From positions 4,992,001-5,056,000 of the forward strand of contig OY771506.1 in assembly GCA_963674705.1 (NCBI GenBank): a stretch of 64,000 nucleotides of DNA, given 5' to 3'. Shown here one piece after another: positions 9,588-19,384 of the stretch. The notes under the pieces were generated by a model. That model ran no database searches. It was given only the letters and a program-made list of their open reading frames with translations, and was not told where the DNA came from. Position numbers and translations under genes: made by a program. The stretch comes from Phycisphaeraceae bacterium (GTDB lineage Bacteria > Planctomycetota > Phycisphaerae > Phycisphaerales > Phycisphaeraceae). Within the stretch, counting starts at the first letter, position 1, and each line of letters opens with the position of its first letter.

Positions 9588-10793
9588 TTACAGGCCGTAG
9601 AGACAGGTCAAAATCAACGCTATCCGCTCAGACCAGGCCCATTCGTTGTGACGACCGCCCTCGATCTCCTGATATTCACAGGAAATACCCCAATCCGGAT
9701 GATTTTGCCTTGTCTTCCCAAACAGACCAGCCAGATCCCGCGTGTGCCGCAACAGCAGGTTCCCCGTACTGCTGCCGGCCTCCGCCGTGCCCATGTCCAG
9801 CCAGAACCGCTTGCCCCGCATCCACTTCACGTCCGCCGATAGCAGGCCATCCAGGTACTGCCGATCGTGGATGCCCAGTGCCGGCGAAACGATCCCGCAT
9901 CGGCCAAACACCTCCGGGTACTGCTGCGCCAAGTACAGCGAAATCAGCCCACCCATCGACGAACCGGCCACCCCTGTTTTGTCACGCTCCGTATCCACCC
10001 GGTAAGTCTTCTCGATAAACGGCTTCACCTCTTCCACCACAAAACGCGCATACGCCGACGGTTCAGCATCCGGCGCACCCGCGTTGTACTCCTGCATACG
10101 ATCGGCGTTGTTGTACAAGCCCACGATGATGATCGGCTCGATCGTCCCCGCCTCGATCAGACGCTGCGCCGCCTCATCCACCCGCCATTCCACACCCGCA
10201 AACGATGTGCTGGCATCGAAAATGTTCTGCCCGTCATGCATATATAGCACCGGGTACTTCCGCTCCACCTGCTCGTCATACCACGGCGGCAGGTAAACGA
10301 TCAGCGTCCTTTCGTTATCAAGTATCTGCGAATGAAAACGCTCGTGCTTCTTGATATTTCCAGACAGCGTTGGTTCGATCTGTGATGCCTGTTGGTTCGC
10401 CCATGCAGCAACTGCAAATTGAACTTGTTTAGATATATCTGCAACGACAAGACGGTTATCCATCTCCGCGCCGGACGCGTTTTTCTCTACTGTCTGCCAA
10501 CTGCCTCGCGTTACCTTGCATTGAATCTGTGTGCCACGCTTTACCATAAGTAATGCGGCATATGTCCCATCGTCCAGTCGTTGCAGTATCAACCCTTGCC
10601 CGTTCCAGTTGCCAAGATCCGGAATATTGCCGCAGACATAAATCGAATCATTCACAGGCGTATCCGCGGGAACCGAAACAACAAACATCAACCGCACTGC
10701 CTCAGTTTCAGCCTGGTTTTCATCCTGCGCTAAACAGGTGGATGAAAACAAACCTACAACAAGCAGGCAACAACCGAACAGGAAAGCTGTCAT
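9588..10793 (-). CDS. secreted alpha/beta hydrolase (esterase) with N-terminal CBM20-like domain
   Basis: YPVLYMHDGQN, GSSMGG nucleophile elbow, GGRHNEWAW; IYVCGNIPDLGNW CBM20-like motif. Confidence 0.88.
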   Translation of the reverse strand: MTAFLFGCCLLVVGLFSSTCLAQDENQAETEAVRLMFVVSVPADTPVNDSIYVCGNIPDLGNWNGQGLILQRLDDGTYAALLMVKRGTQIQCKVTRGSWQTVEKNASGAEMDNRLVVADISKQVQFAVAAWANQQASQIEPTLSGNIKKHERFHSQILDNERTLIVYLPPWYDEQVERKYPVLYMHDGQNIFDASTSFAGVEWRVDEAAQRLIEAGTIEPIIIVGLYNNADRMQEYNAGAPDAEPSAYARFVVEEVKPFIEKTYRVDTERDKTGVAGSSMGGLISLYLAQQYPEVFGRCGIVSPALGIHDRQYLDGLLSADVKWMRGKRFWLDMGTAEAGSSTGNLLLRHTRDLAGLFGKTRQNHPDWGISCEYQEIEGGRHNEWAWSERIALILTCLYGL

Positions 10794-10818
10794 GATGCAA
10801 CCTCCAATTGCGAGACAA

Positions 10819-10852
10819 CAAAAAAACGGCCGCCCCAATGGACGACCGTTAT
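10819..10852 (-). terminator. intrinsic terminator after rplI
   Basis: imperfect hairpin AACGGTCGTCC/GGGCGGCCGTT followed by a T run on the minus strand. Confidence 0.65.
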
Positions 10853-10878
10853 TGTATCTTTGATTGTCGACTGAAAAC

Positions 10879-11424
10879 CTACTCGTCCAGTTCCGCGGTG
10901 ACCGGTGCTTCGTCCTCGTCGACCACTTCGCCTTCAACCTCTTCTTCGGCTCCCAGTTCTTCGGCGGGCTTATCGGAGACAACCCACACCTTGACCTCGG
11001 CCTTGAGTTCCTTGTCGATCACGACCGGCACCTGGTAGCTGTCCAGACGCTTGATCTGGTCGCCGATGCGGACGTGGCGGTCTTCGATCATATCGAAGCC
11101 TTCATCACGCAACGACTGGGCGATCTCGTGCTGCGACACACCGCCGTACAGCACACCCTGCTCGTTGGCCGAACGCATCAGCGTCAGCTCGAAGCCGTTG
11201 ATCTTGTCGATCAGCGATTCGTGTTCCTTGCGGATACGCGCCATCTCGGCAGCGACCTGGGCACGACGCTCAGCCAGACGGGCGATCGCCGCGTCACTCG
11301 GTGTCGTCGCCAGGCCGTGCGGCAGCAGGTAGTTGCGGGCATAACCCGGCTTAACCTTTACCACGTCCCCGACGATCCCGAGGTTACTCACGTTTTCCAG
11401 TAATAACAGTTCAACTTGCTTCAT
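10879..11424 (-). CDS. rplI: 50S ribosomal protein L9
   Basis: GDVVKVKPGYARNYLLP signature. Confidence 0.97.
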   Translation of the reverse strand: MKQVELLLLENVSNLGIVGDVVKVKPGYARNYLLPHGLATTPSDAAIARLAERRAQVAAEMARIRKEHESLIDKINGFELTLMRSANEQGVLYGGVSQHEIAQSLRDEGFDMIEDRHVRIGDQIKRLDSYQVPVVIDKELKAEVKVWVVSDKPAEELGAEEEVEGEVVDEDEAPVTAELDE

Positions 11425-11505
11425 GTTGTCCTTCCTTCAGGTAAGGCAAGTTAGGCGTCGGCCCGTGGATCAACACGCCCACGGCGGTACACCAGCATCG
11501 TATGT

Positions 11506-11592
11506 AGGCTTGAGACTTGAGGTGTGAGGCTTGAGGGATTCCAGCCGTACACCAGATAAATACTCAAGCCTCAAGACTCAGGCCTCAAGCCT
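11506..11592. repeat. inverted repeat with 7-nt tandem arms (AGGCTTG)
   Basis: aggcttgagacttgaggtgtgaggcttgag (11506-11535) is inverted relative to ctcaagcctcaagactcaggcctcaagcct (11563-11592). Confidence 0.85.
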
Positions 11593-11596
11593 GTTT

Positions 11597-12061
11597 TCAA
11601 AACGGAATATCTTCCTCATCCACCGCCTGATGCACCGGCGGGCCGTCATTCATCGGCGCCGATCCACCGCGGGAACCGCCGCGACCGCCGGAGTAGCCCC
11701 CACCGCCTCCGCTGCCGCCTTCGGCACGTGTATCCAGAAACTCGAACGACTCCACGACAATCTTCAGCTTCGAGCGGTTGCCTCCGCTTTCCTTGTCCTG
11801 CCAGGTGTCCAGCTTCAGACGGCCTTCCACGTACAATGGTCGGCCCTTCTTCAGGTACTGGTTCAACACCTCGGCGGTCCGGCCCCAGGCTTCCAGATCG
11901 ACAAACGTCGTCTCTTCCTGGTTCTCGTTGGTCTGCTTGTTGAACCAACGCCGGTTGATCGCCATCCCAAGATTCGCCACCGCCGTATTATTCGGCGTGT
12001 AACGCAACTCCGGATCGCGCGTCAGGTTGCCCATCAGCATGACCTTGTTCAGATTAGGCAT
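11597..12061 (-). CDS. ssb: single-stranded DNA-binding protein
   Basis: LNKVMLMGNLTRDPELRYTP; Gly-rich linker; DIPF tail. Confidence 0.97.
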   Translation of the reverse strand: MPNLNKVMLMGNLTRDPELRYTPNNTAVANLGMAINRRWFNKQTNENQEETTFVDLEAWGRTAEVLNQYLKKGRPLYVEGRLKLDTWQDKESGGNRSKLKIVVESFEFLDTRAEGGSGGGGGYSGGRGGSRGGSAPMNDGPPVHQAVDEEDIPF

Positions 12062-12113
12062 ATGGCACCTCCTGCGCTGCTGTGAGCACACGGTCACGGA
12101 TTCGTTCAGGTAA

Positions 12114-12563
12114 TTACTCGGCGGCTGTTTCGACAGCTTCTTCGTCCGCGTCGACCTCATCATCATTAACTGATGACGGTTCATCGTCACGAAGCTTCTG
12201 CTCGACAACGCTGTGCTTCGCGGCATCGAGTTCTTCATCGTACTCGACCTGACCATAGTGATCGCAACGTGTCACCATCACACGCAGAATCTGCTCCGAC
12301 AGATTGCAGTCACGCTCGAGGTCCGCCAGCTTGCCGCCATCGACACGGAACATCGACAGCAGGAATACACCACGCTTCTGGCCCTTGATCGGGTACGCCA
12401 GTTTGCGGTCGTCCCATTTACGAAGCGTCAGCACCTCGGCGCCCGCCCGATCCAGGATCTGGCGTACGTGGTCGATCGCATCGCCCAGGTTCGTACCGAC
12501 CGCCTGCTGGCTTATCAGGAACAGGCCTTCGTAAAGATTGCTGTTATCGAAAGTATCGCTCAT
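12114..12563 (-). CDS. rpsF: 30S ribosomal protein S6
   Basis: YEGLFL...WDDRKLAYPIKGQKRG; position upstream of ssb. Confidence 0.95.
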   Translation of the reverse strand: MSDTFDNSNLYEGLFLISQQAVGTNLGDAIDHVRQILDRAGAEVLTLRKWDDRKLAYPIKGQKRGVFLLSMFRVDGGKLADLERDCNLSEQILRVMVTRCDHYGQVEYDEELDAAKHSVVEQKLRDDEPSSVNDDEVDADEEAVETAAE

Positions 12564-12894
12564 CGGAATGCGTCTCCTACCCACTCGGTGGCCCCAGCCG
12601 ACGCGACCGGGACGCCGGACCCTCGCCGACGGGCGAGGCCGAGCGGTCTATGTGTAGCCCATTAGTTTAACCACCCCGATCACAACCGGCAACGTACCTC
12701 AACCTCCCACTCGCCTGCCTCTTCCGAAAGTCTCAAACCACCATACATAAAATACCTTTGGGTCCGTATATACAGCCGCCATCCGGATCATGCCGAATGC
12801 AAAATAAATGTGAAGCCTTGTGCTACCGCCTGTAACTGCGATAGACTACGTACGGAATCCGGTTACGAATCTACTAACATTGGGGAGAAAGACC

Positions 12895-13533
12895 ATGAGA
12901 AAGATTGTGCGCTTTGTGTGTTTATCCGCATTTGCTTGTGCCACGTTCATGCCGGCTGTTCAGTCACAGGCAACCATGACCCTTGTCGGCCTCGTCCCGG
13001 TAGATAATTCCGCGGCACCCTCACTTGCCGGCTACCGCACTTATGACTTGGTCGTGAACACCACCAGCGACTGGACCGCCGCCGCCATGCTGCTGGAATT
13101 GACCCAGGGAGACATCTTCCAGCATGTGAATGGTGATGCGAATGGCCTGCCGCCTATCGAAGTCGTTATTTCGATACTCGGTGATGAGTCACTGCGATAC
13201 GACACCTTCGTCACCAATCCGGACGGTACCGACCTCGGCTCCGGCGTCGGGATTGCCGGGGGCGCAGGCGATGTCGGCGGTAACGGCTTCACCTTCAGCA
13301 CGACCGAACTGGACGTCACCTGGTTCAGCCCCGGCAGCGATACGAACGATATCGGCGACAGCAAGATCGCCCGGATCACGCTCAGCAACGACGCCCAAGG
13401 CACACTCCTGCTTGCCATTACCGAAGCCGGCACCCCCAATCTCGAACGCTTCGAGATCACCATCGTCCCTGAACCCGCAACACTTGGCCTGTTTAGCCTC
13501 GCTGGCCTTGCCATGCTGCGCCGTCGCCGCTGA
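12895..13533 (+). CDS. PEP-CTERM sorting domain protein
   Basis: signal peptide; C-terminal VPEPATLGLFSLAGLAMLRRRR. Confidence 0.9.
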   Translation: MRKIVRFVCLSAFACATFMPAVQSQATMTLVGLVPVDNSAAPSLAGYRTYDLVVNTTSDWTAAAMLLELTQGDIFQHVNGDANGLPPIEVVISILGDESLRYDTFVTNPDGTDLGSGVGIAGGAGDVGGNGFTFSTTELDVTWFSPGSDTNDIGDSKIARITLSNDAQGTLLLAITEAGTPNLERFEITIVPEPATLGLFSLAGLAMLRRRR

Positions 13534-13560
13534 TTCACGAACCGAACCTGATATGCCCAC

Positions 13561-13592
13561 AAAAAAACCACGCCATGAGGCGTGGTTTTTTT
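13561..13592. terminator. bidirectional intrinsic terminator
   Basis: A7-CCACGCC-atga-GGCGTGG-T7 between convergent genes. Confidence 0.85.
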
Positions 13593-13606
13593 CTTGCTCG
13601 CGTAAG

Positions 13607-13680
13607 CGAGGGTGACGGGGCTCGAACCCGCAACCTCCGGATCGACAGTCCGGTGCTCTAACCAATTGAGCTACACCCCC
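13607..13680 (-). tRNA. tRNA-Asp(GTC)
   Basis: GGGGGTGTAGCTCAATTGGTTAGAGCACCGGACTGTCGATCCGGAGGTTGCGGGTTCGAGCCCCGTCACCCTCG folds as a cloverleaf; CCA not encoded. Confidence 0.97.
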
Positions 13681-13719
13681 TAAATCGGGGTCCCGCTCGG
13701 TTTCCCGAGCGAGTCACAT

Positions 13720-13747
13720 ACTCTAATCTTGCTTGCCGGATTGTCAA
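13720..13747 (-). promoter_or_regulatory. sigma70-type promoter of tRNA-Asp
   Basis: TTGACA-16 nt-TAGAGT on the minus strand. Confidence 0.5.
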
Positions 13748-13755
13748 CTGAGGCA

Positions 13756-13975
13756 GGGTGTAGGGTGTGGGGTGTGGGGTGTAGGGTGTAGGGTGTAGGG
13801 TGTAGGGTGTAGGAATTGTATTGCTAATGGCTAATGGCTTGTCTCCCCCAACGCCGGTCCTGAGCGCAGCGAAGGTCCGGGTATCTGCAGAGATCAGAGA
13901 TCAGCCAGATCGTATCACCTATCCACATACCACAACCATACCCCTCCGTGCTAACAGCTAATGGCTAACGGCTCT
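13756..13975 (+). repeat. composite repeat copy 1
   Basis: (GGGTGTR)n - AATTGTATT - (GCTAATG)n - core CCAACGCCGGTCCTGAGCGCAGCGAAGG at 13848-13875, then further heptamer runs. Confidence 0.9.
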
Positions 13976-13980
13976 TCCAA

Positions 13981-15021
13981 TCAGTAGCTGATCTTCTTAA
14001 ACCGCCCCGCCTTCGCCGCTTCCATCGATGTCAGGATCACGTTCAGGGCCTTGTAGCCCTCCATGCCGTCGATCTGGGGCTTCTTGCGGTTCAGGATCGA
14101 CTCGGTGAAGCTGTCGATGATGCCGCTGGCGACCTGCCGTGTGTTCGTCGCCACCGCGCCGGTCTTGTGGTACTCGCGCTGGCCGTTGCGATACTCGACG
14201 ATGACGTTGAATTCCGGGTCCTTGCCGACCTTGATCACGCCCTTGGAGCAGAAGATCGTCGTGCCGTTGTCTTCTCCGCCGTAGTTCGTCCAGGAGATGT
14301 TCATGCTCCCGACGACGCCGGACTTGGTCTGCAGCGTGAGGAACGCGTTGTCATCCAGCGGGATCTTTCTGCCGGTTTCGGTCTTCTTGTCCAGCGTGTC
14401 GATGATCCCGCCGACTGTCACGAACTCTTCGCCCAGCAGCCAGCGCATCAGGTCGGCCTTGTGCACGCCCAGGTCGCCGGTCACGCCCATGACCGCCGGC
14501 TGCTTCTTAAAGAACCAGCTCTTGGCCCCGTCCACCGACCAGCCGTCCGGGCCGGGGTGTTTGAACGTCGTCTCAAACGCGATCGGCTTGCCGACACACC
14601 CTGAATCCAGGATATCCTTGGCCTTGGCGTGCGGCGGCATCAGCCGTTGATTCATCCCGACCATCAGGTACTTACGGGCAGCCTTGGACGCAGCAATCAT
14701 CTTCTTCGCCTCCGCGCGGGTCGTCGCCATCGGCTTCTCGACCAGCACGTGCAGCTTCGCCTTGAATGCATCGATCGTCATCGGGGCGTGCAGCACGTTC
14801 GGACCGCAGACCACCGCAGCGTCCAGATTCTCTTCCTTAAGCATCTTCTTGTAGTCGGTATACCCCTTGGCGCCGATCTTCTCGCCGATCGACTGGGCCC
14901 GACCCTTGACCGGGTCCGCCACCGCGACCACGACCGACTTCTCGTTCGCGACCGCTTCGGGGATGTGCCTGCGCTGCGCGATCGCGCCGCAACCGATGAC
15001 GCCGTACCTGACTGTCTTCAT
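13981..15021 (-). CDS. Gfo/Idh/MocA family oxidoreductase
   Basis: GVIGCGAIA, HVLVEKPMA, GDLGVHKAD. Confidence 0.93.
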   Translation of the reverse strand: MKTVRYGVIGCGAIAQRRHIPEAVANEKSVVVAVADPVKGRAQSIGEKIGAKGYTDYKKMLKEENLDAAVVCGPNVLHAPMTIDAFKAKLHVLVEKPMATTRAEAKKMIAASKAARKYLMVGMNQRLMPPHAKAKDILDSGCVGKPIAFETTFKHPGPDGWSVDGAKSWFFKKQPAVMGVTGDLGVHKADLMRWLLGEEFVTVGGIIDTLDKKTETGRKIPLDDNAFLTLQTKSGVVGSMNISWTNYGGEDNGTTIFCSKGVIKVGKDPEFNVIVEYRNGQREYHKTGAVATNTRQVASGIIDSFTESILNRKKPQIDGMEGYKALNVILTSMEAAKAGRFKKISY

Positions 15022-15150
15022 GACTTCTCCTGGTATGCCGAGGCAAAACACGCCCGGGCCGTGGATGTAATGTAAATCGTGGGTAACCGAAAACCCTCCG
15101 CTTGCCGCGGATCGGCCATCATAGCAATTCAGGCACGTGACGGTTTTGAA

Positions 15151-15621
15151 TCACATCGGCATGCCGATGATCTTCGCCTCGAACACCAGCGAGCCGTCGA
15201 CCACCCCCTGCACCACGCTCGTGCTGCGTCGCTTACGCAGCTCCGTCTGTTCGCAGAGGATGTATAGCCGATCGCCCGGCTTGACCTGCCCGCGGAACTT
15301 CACTGCCTCCAAGCCGGCAAAGCCCATGAAACCCGTCTTCAACTGCGATAAGCAAACAAAGCTCGCCAGTTGTGCCCCGGCCTCCACCATCAGCACACCC
15401 GGGAACAAAGGCCGACCCGGGATATGCCCGGGCACCCAGAACTCATCGTCCTTCACATCCCGGTACGCCATCGTGTGATGCAGGTCGTCCGTGGCATACA
15501 CGATCCCATCGATCAGCCGCATCACGCCCCGGTGCGGATTGATCTTCTCGATGTCCTGGGCCGAGTAGATCAGTTTGCTGGTATCAATATCAGAGATATC
15601 AAATAACAGGGGTGGGGCCAT
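15151..15621 (-). CDS. FabA/FabZ family 3-hydroxyacyl-ACP dehydratase
   Basis: NPHR...FWVPGHIPGRPLFPGVLMVEAGAQ; VKFRGQVKPGD. Confidence 0.9.
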   Translation of the reverse strand: MAPPLLFDISDIDTSKLIYSAQDIEKINPHRGVMRLIDGIVYATDDLHHTMAYRDVKDDEFWVPGHIPGRPLFPGVLMVEAGAQLASFVCLSQLKTGFMGFAGLEAVKFRGQVKPGDRLYILCEQTELRKRRSTSVVQGVVDGSLVFEAKIIGMPM

Positions 15622-15763
15622 GGGATTGCAGTCCACAAGTGGATAAACGGGTGCAAGTGCCCGGCAACGACCACAACGCCACGCCGGGGCGACCCGCGTT
15701 AACAGGTTAAATCAGAACGGTTGATCAGCCGAACTGCATCATAAAATATGCCGGAACAGGCAA

Positions 15764-15940
15764 TTAATCGCCGTCGCGATTTTCAAGCACCTTCACGCGC
15801 AGCGTCTGTGCCACGTTCTTTACGTCCTGCATCATCTTGCGGACACGCGTTCCCGCCGCCTTGTTACCGCCGGCAGCCTTGCGCAAATCATCTTCAACTG
15901 AGGCAACCAGGGTCTTGAGCTGTTCGTAAGTTTCGAGCAT
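15764..15940 (-). CDS. histone H1-like protein (Hc1 family)
   Basis: 58 aa; GNKAAGTRVRK signature; GGAG RBS. Confidence 0.85.
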   Translation of the reverse strand: MLETYEQLKTLVASVEDDLRKAAGGNKAAGTRVRKMMQDVKNVAQTLRVKVLENRDGD

Positions 15941-16055
15941 CGATATCTCCAGAGTCAGTGTCCGTATGGGTCTTTTCATGCCCTGAGGGCTGGAAATAGC
16001 GTACCCAAGCCCGCCAGAAGCGGCAAACAGGCCCCCCGATGGGGGCTGGGAGACG

Positions 16056-16262
16056 GATGTGGGGTGTGGGGTGTGGGGTGTGGGAACTGTATTTATGATT
16101 TGGGATTGATGATTTAGGATTTGTGCCATTGGCTAATGGCTAATGGCTTCTTCCCCTCCAACGCCGGTCCTGAGCGAAGCGAAGGTCCGGACCTCTTCAC
16201 GGGTATCGGGTATCGGAAGAATCTTATTCCCTGCTTTCCTGCTTTCCTGCGTCTCCTGCTTT
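16056..16262 (+). repeat. composite repeat copy 2
   Basis: (GGGGTGT)n - AACTGTATT - GATTT units - (GCTAATG)n - core 16158-16185 - GGAAGAATCTTATT, then (CCTGCTTT)-type repeats. Confidence 0.9.
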
Positions 16263-17789
16263 CTTCCCCCCCATCCCCCAAACCAATCCCGCCAGGCTCG
16301 ACGGCAGTGCCTCCACCGTTACCTCCAAACCCACCTCGCGCATCGTCCTGCTCGTTACTGGGCCGATCGATGCCGTCTTCACGCCTTCAAGCAATCCTCG
16401 CTCATCACCCAGTAGCGACACCAGGTTCCGTGCCGTCGAACTACTGGTAAATGTCAGCCAGTCGATGCGTTTATCTTTAAGTGCCTGCAAAGCCTCATCC
16501 GGCAGTGCATCGACGATCGCGGTCCGGTACGCCGCCACTTCATGCACAACCGCGCCCGCCCCTTCAAGCAATTCCGTCAAATCCCCACCCGCGATATCTG
16601 CACGCATCAGCATGATGGATGCACCACTTAGGTCGAATTGTTCGATCAAACCCTGCCCAAGCGCCGAACCCATCGCACGTTTAGGCACGTAATCAGGCTT
16701 GATCGCCAACTGTGCTCGCAGCGCATCCGATGTCGATGTACCCACCGCCGCGATACGCACGCCCCCCAGGTGCCTGCTATCCAATCCCATCGCATACAAG
16801 CGGGTCCATAATGCCATCACCGCGTTCGGGCTGGTCAGAACCAGCCAATCGTGCTTGGCAATCTCTCGGATCGCGGTATCCACAGCCTTACTATCTTCCG
16901 GCGGCAAAAGCCGGATCGTCGGCGCTTCGATCACCTCTGCGCCTTGATCCTCCAATAACTGCGTCAACTCCGACGCCTGCTGTCGTGTCCGCGTCACCAT
17001 GACACGCTGACCAAACAACGGCCGATCCGTGAAGAAGTCCATCCCCTTGCTTTCCAGTCCCGCCACCTTGCCCACCACAATGATTGCAGGCGCCCCGATC
17101 GCTTCACGCTCTATCAATCCCACGATCGCGCCGAGCGTGCCCTTCACCGAATGCTGCGTGTTGAGCGTCCCCCACTGTACCGCGGCTGCAGGCGTCTCGG
17201 TTGATAAGCCATGACCGATCAGTGTCGCCACGATCTGCGGTAATCGCCCGACGCTCATGTAGAAACAGGCTGTCCCCCCCACTTTGATCAGACCTGCCAG
17301 TGCCGCGTAATCCACCGCCGAATCATCTTTGCCCGGATCTTCATGCCCGGTCACGAACGTCACGCTGCTTGCATGTTCACGGTGCGTCACGGGGATGCCA
17401 GCGTAGGTCGGCGCTGCGATCCCGCTGGTGATGCCGGGGATGACTTCGCAATCGATGCCGTGCTCGCCGAGGTACGCCGCTTCTTCTGCGCCACGTCCGA
17501 ATAAGTATGGATCGCCCCCCTTCAAACGAGCTACCTTCTTGCCCTGTTTAGCAAGTTCGACCAACCGTTCGTTGATCTCATCTTGCGATAGCGTGTAGCC
17601 CCCCGATTCGCCCGCTCCGCGCTTGCCCGCGTAGATAAGTTCTTTCCCCTCACGCAGATACTTAAGCAGTCTCGGGTTCGCCAGCGCGTCGTAGACCACG
17701 ACGTCCGCCTCCGCTAACCGCTGCATCCCCTTGACCGTGATCAGCCCCGGATCGCCCGGCCCGGCTCCGATAAGCGTCACACGTCCCAT
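16224..17789 (-). CDS. cobA: uroporphyrinogen-III C-methyltransferase/synthase fusion (CobA-HemD)
   Basis: LIGAGPGDPGLIT, RLKGGDP, PGITS; HemD half with VMVTR and TFTSSSTA. Confidence 0.95.
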   Translation of the reverse strand: MGRVTLIGAGPGDPGLITVKGMQRLAEADVVVYDALANPRLLKYLREGKELIYAGKRGAGESGGYTLSQDEINERLVELAKQGKKVARLKGGDPYLFGRGAEEAAYLGEHGIDCEVIPGITSGIAAPTYAGIPVTHREHASSVTFVTGHEDPGKDDSAVDYAALAGLIKVGGTACFYMSVGRLPQIVATLIGHGLSTETPAAAVQWGTLNTQHSVKGTLGAIVGLIEREAIGAPAIIVVGKVAGLESKGMDFFTDRPLFGQRVMVTRTRQQASELTQLLEDQGAEVIEAPTIRLLPPEDSKAVDTAIREIAKHDWLVLTSPNAVMALWTRLYAMGLDSRHLGGVRIAAVGTSTSDALRAQLAIKPDYVPKRAMGSALGQGLIEQFDLSGASIMLMRADIAGGDLTELLEGAGAVVHEVAAYRTAIVDALPDEALQALKDKRIDWLTFTSSSTARNLVSLLGDERGLLEGVKTASIGPVTSRTMREVGLEVTVEALPSSLAGLVWGMGGKKAGDAGKQESRE

Positions 17790-17910
17790 CAATTTTCCTT
17801 CGTCCAATGTCAAGATGAGTAAACCTTGTTGTTTATTCGGCCGATTTTATACGTGGCGGCGACGATCGCGTCTTGCACCGCCCCTGATTCGTAGCACACA
17901 GGAGCACACC

Positions 17911-18297
17911 ATGTCCAGCAACATCGAACCCCAGCACCTCAAGCTCGTCAAGCCACCCAACGGCCCAGCCGACGTGCTGTTCCTCGAACGTCGCGGCTGC
18001 GAACGCACCCCGATGATAGGCCAGGCCACCGCTATCATCACGGATAACACCGATCCTAAACAGCCCTCCAAGAAAATCTGCACCGTGCAGCTTGCCAATA
18101 TCTCCGAGTCAGGCCTCGGCGTCATCCTGCCCGAGCCCGTCGAAGTCGGCAACCACATGCAGATGACCGTCTTCATCCAGCCTCACGGCCCCGAAGCCGG
18201 CCGCGACCTCACCGGCCCGGTTATCCGTTGCGATAAACAGGAAATCGGCTACGAAGTCGGCATCCGCATCCCCTACCAGGCACGCGCTGCAAGCTGA
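17911..18297 (+). CDS. PilZ-domain protein
   Basis: ERRGCER and NISESG motifs; AGGAG RBS. Confidence 0.75.
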   Translation: MSSNIEPQHLKLVKPPNGPADVLFLERRGCERTPMIGQATAIITDNTDPKQPSKKICTVQLANISESGLGVILPEPVEVGNHMQMTVFIQPHGPEAGRDLTGPVIRCDKQEIGYEVGIRIPYQARAAS

Positions 18298-18322
18298 TAC
18301 GCCATTACAAAATGACCCCCAC

Positions 18323-18353
18323 AAAACAGACGCCCACAAGCGTCTGTTTTTTT
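18323..18353 (+). terminator. intrinsic terminator
   Basis: AAAACAGACGC-ccacaa-GCGTCTGTTTTTTT. Confidence 0.8.
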
Positions 18354-18531
18354 CTGCGCGCACTACCTACACCACACCACCCCCAAAGCCCGGTCATAGC
18401 CAAAAAAAGGCTTTGGCCGAGGTCGCAGCGGTCCCCGGGGTCCCACTCATCCCCCCCGCTGTAACTTTCTCACTACAATCACCGTAGCACTGCAGCCCGA
18501 GATAACGCCCGCCCCGATCAGGAGCATCACG

Positions 18532-19062
18532 ATGCGAAAGACCCACCTGCTCTTACTTGGACTATTGCTCGCCGCGCTCGCCACTGCAGGCTGCAAGTCG
18601 ATCGATGTCGCCACCTACAGCGAGCCGTACTTCAATCCCAAGCAGGTCAATACCTACGCATGGATGCCCAACGGCAGCGCCGCCTTCGGCGTTAGACCCA
18701 ATCGACTTACCTTTATCGAAACCACCATCAAGAACGCGGTCGACAAAAACCTCACCGGCCGCGGCTGGCAACCCGTTGAACCCGCCAAGGCAGATGTGCT
18801 GATTCGCTTCGTCATCGGCGCCGAAAGCAGCGTCGAAGTCGAACGCACCGGCACCACGAACTACGGCGGGCAACCCGTTGAAGTCCCCATCGAGGTCAAA
18901 AAACTACGCTCGGGGAAACTCGCCATCGACATCATCGACAACCAGCAACAACTCATCGTCTGGCGCGGCGTCGCCGGCAAGACCATCCAAGGCGACCCCG
19001 ACCAAAACAAAGTCAAAACCTCTCTCGAAAATGCTGTCAACCTGGTGCTCAAGATGCTGTAA
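18532..19062 (+). CDS. DUF4136-like lipoprotein
   Basis: lipobox TAGC; TYAW; GKLAIDIID...IVWRG. Confidence 0.8.
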   Translation: MRKTHLLLLGLLLAALATAGCKSIDVATYSEPYFNPKQVNTYAWMPNGSAAFGVRPNRLTFIETTIKNAVDKNLTGRGWQPVEPAKADVLIRFVIGAESSVEVERTGTTNYGGQPVEVPIEVKKLRSGKLAIDIIDNQQQLIVWRGVAGKTIQGDPDQNKVKTSLENAVNLVLKML

Positions 19063-19384
19063 TGGTTCCACATCGCTGTACTTCATCACCTCTACAACAG
19101 AATTGAAAACGTTCATCGTTTTCATTTCCCAATCCTCCTCACACGCCTGCACCCGCTTACCTATTCTTCCTCGATCCACACATATAGCCCAGCGTTTGAG
19201 GTCGTTGTCATTTAAAAAAACAAATTCCGGCTTGTTGGATGTAACAATTGAGCAAACAACACGTATATTAGGTTACGGGGGGCAAATCCCCCTGTTTTCG
19301 GGAACTTGGAAGCCACACCGATCATCGCAACAGGTGACTTTCGGAAAACGTTCGATGCTCAACTTCTCTTATCGCGGGATGACG

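Noticed and set aside
12575..12665. Ribosomal-protein leader RNA upstream of rpsF
   Set aside because: GC-rich hairpins are present but I could not match them to the S6:S18 leader consensus by eye.
13756..13975. CRISPR array or telomere-like sequence
   Set aside because: The units are contiguous heptamers without unique spacers, the 28-nt core copies are kilobases apart, there are no cas genes, and the location is internal.
18878..19384. Long N-terminal extensions in the ORF track (also 9588-10982, 34556-35425, 15764-16129)
   Set aside because: They overlap neighbouring genes, tRNAs or repeats; downstream starts with better RBS, signal peptide or family boundaries were chosen.
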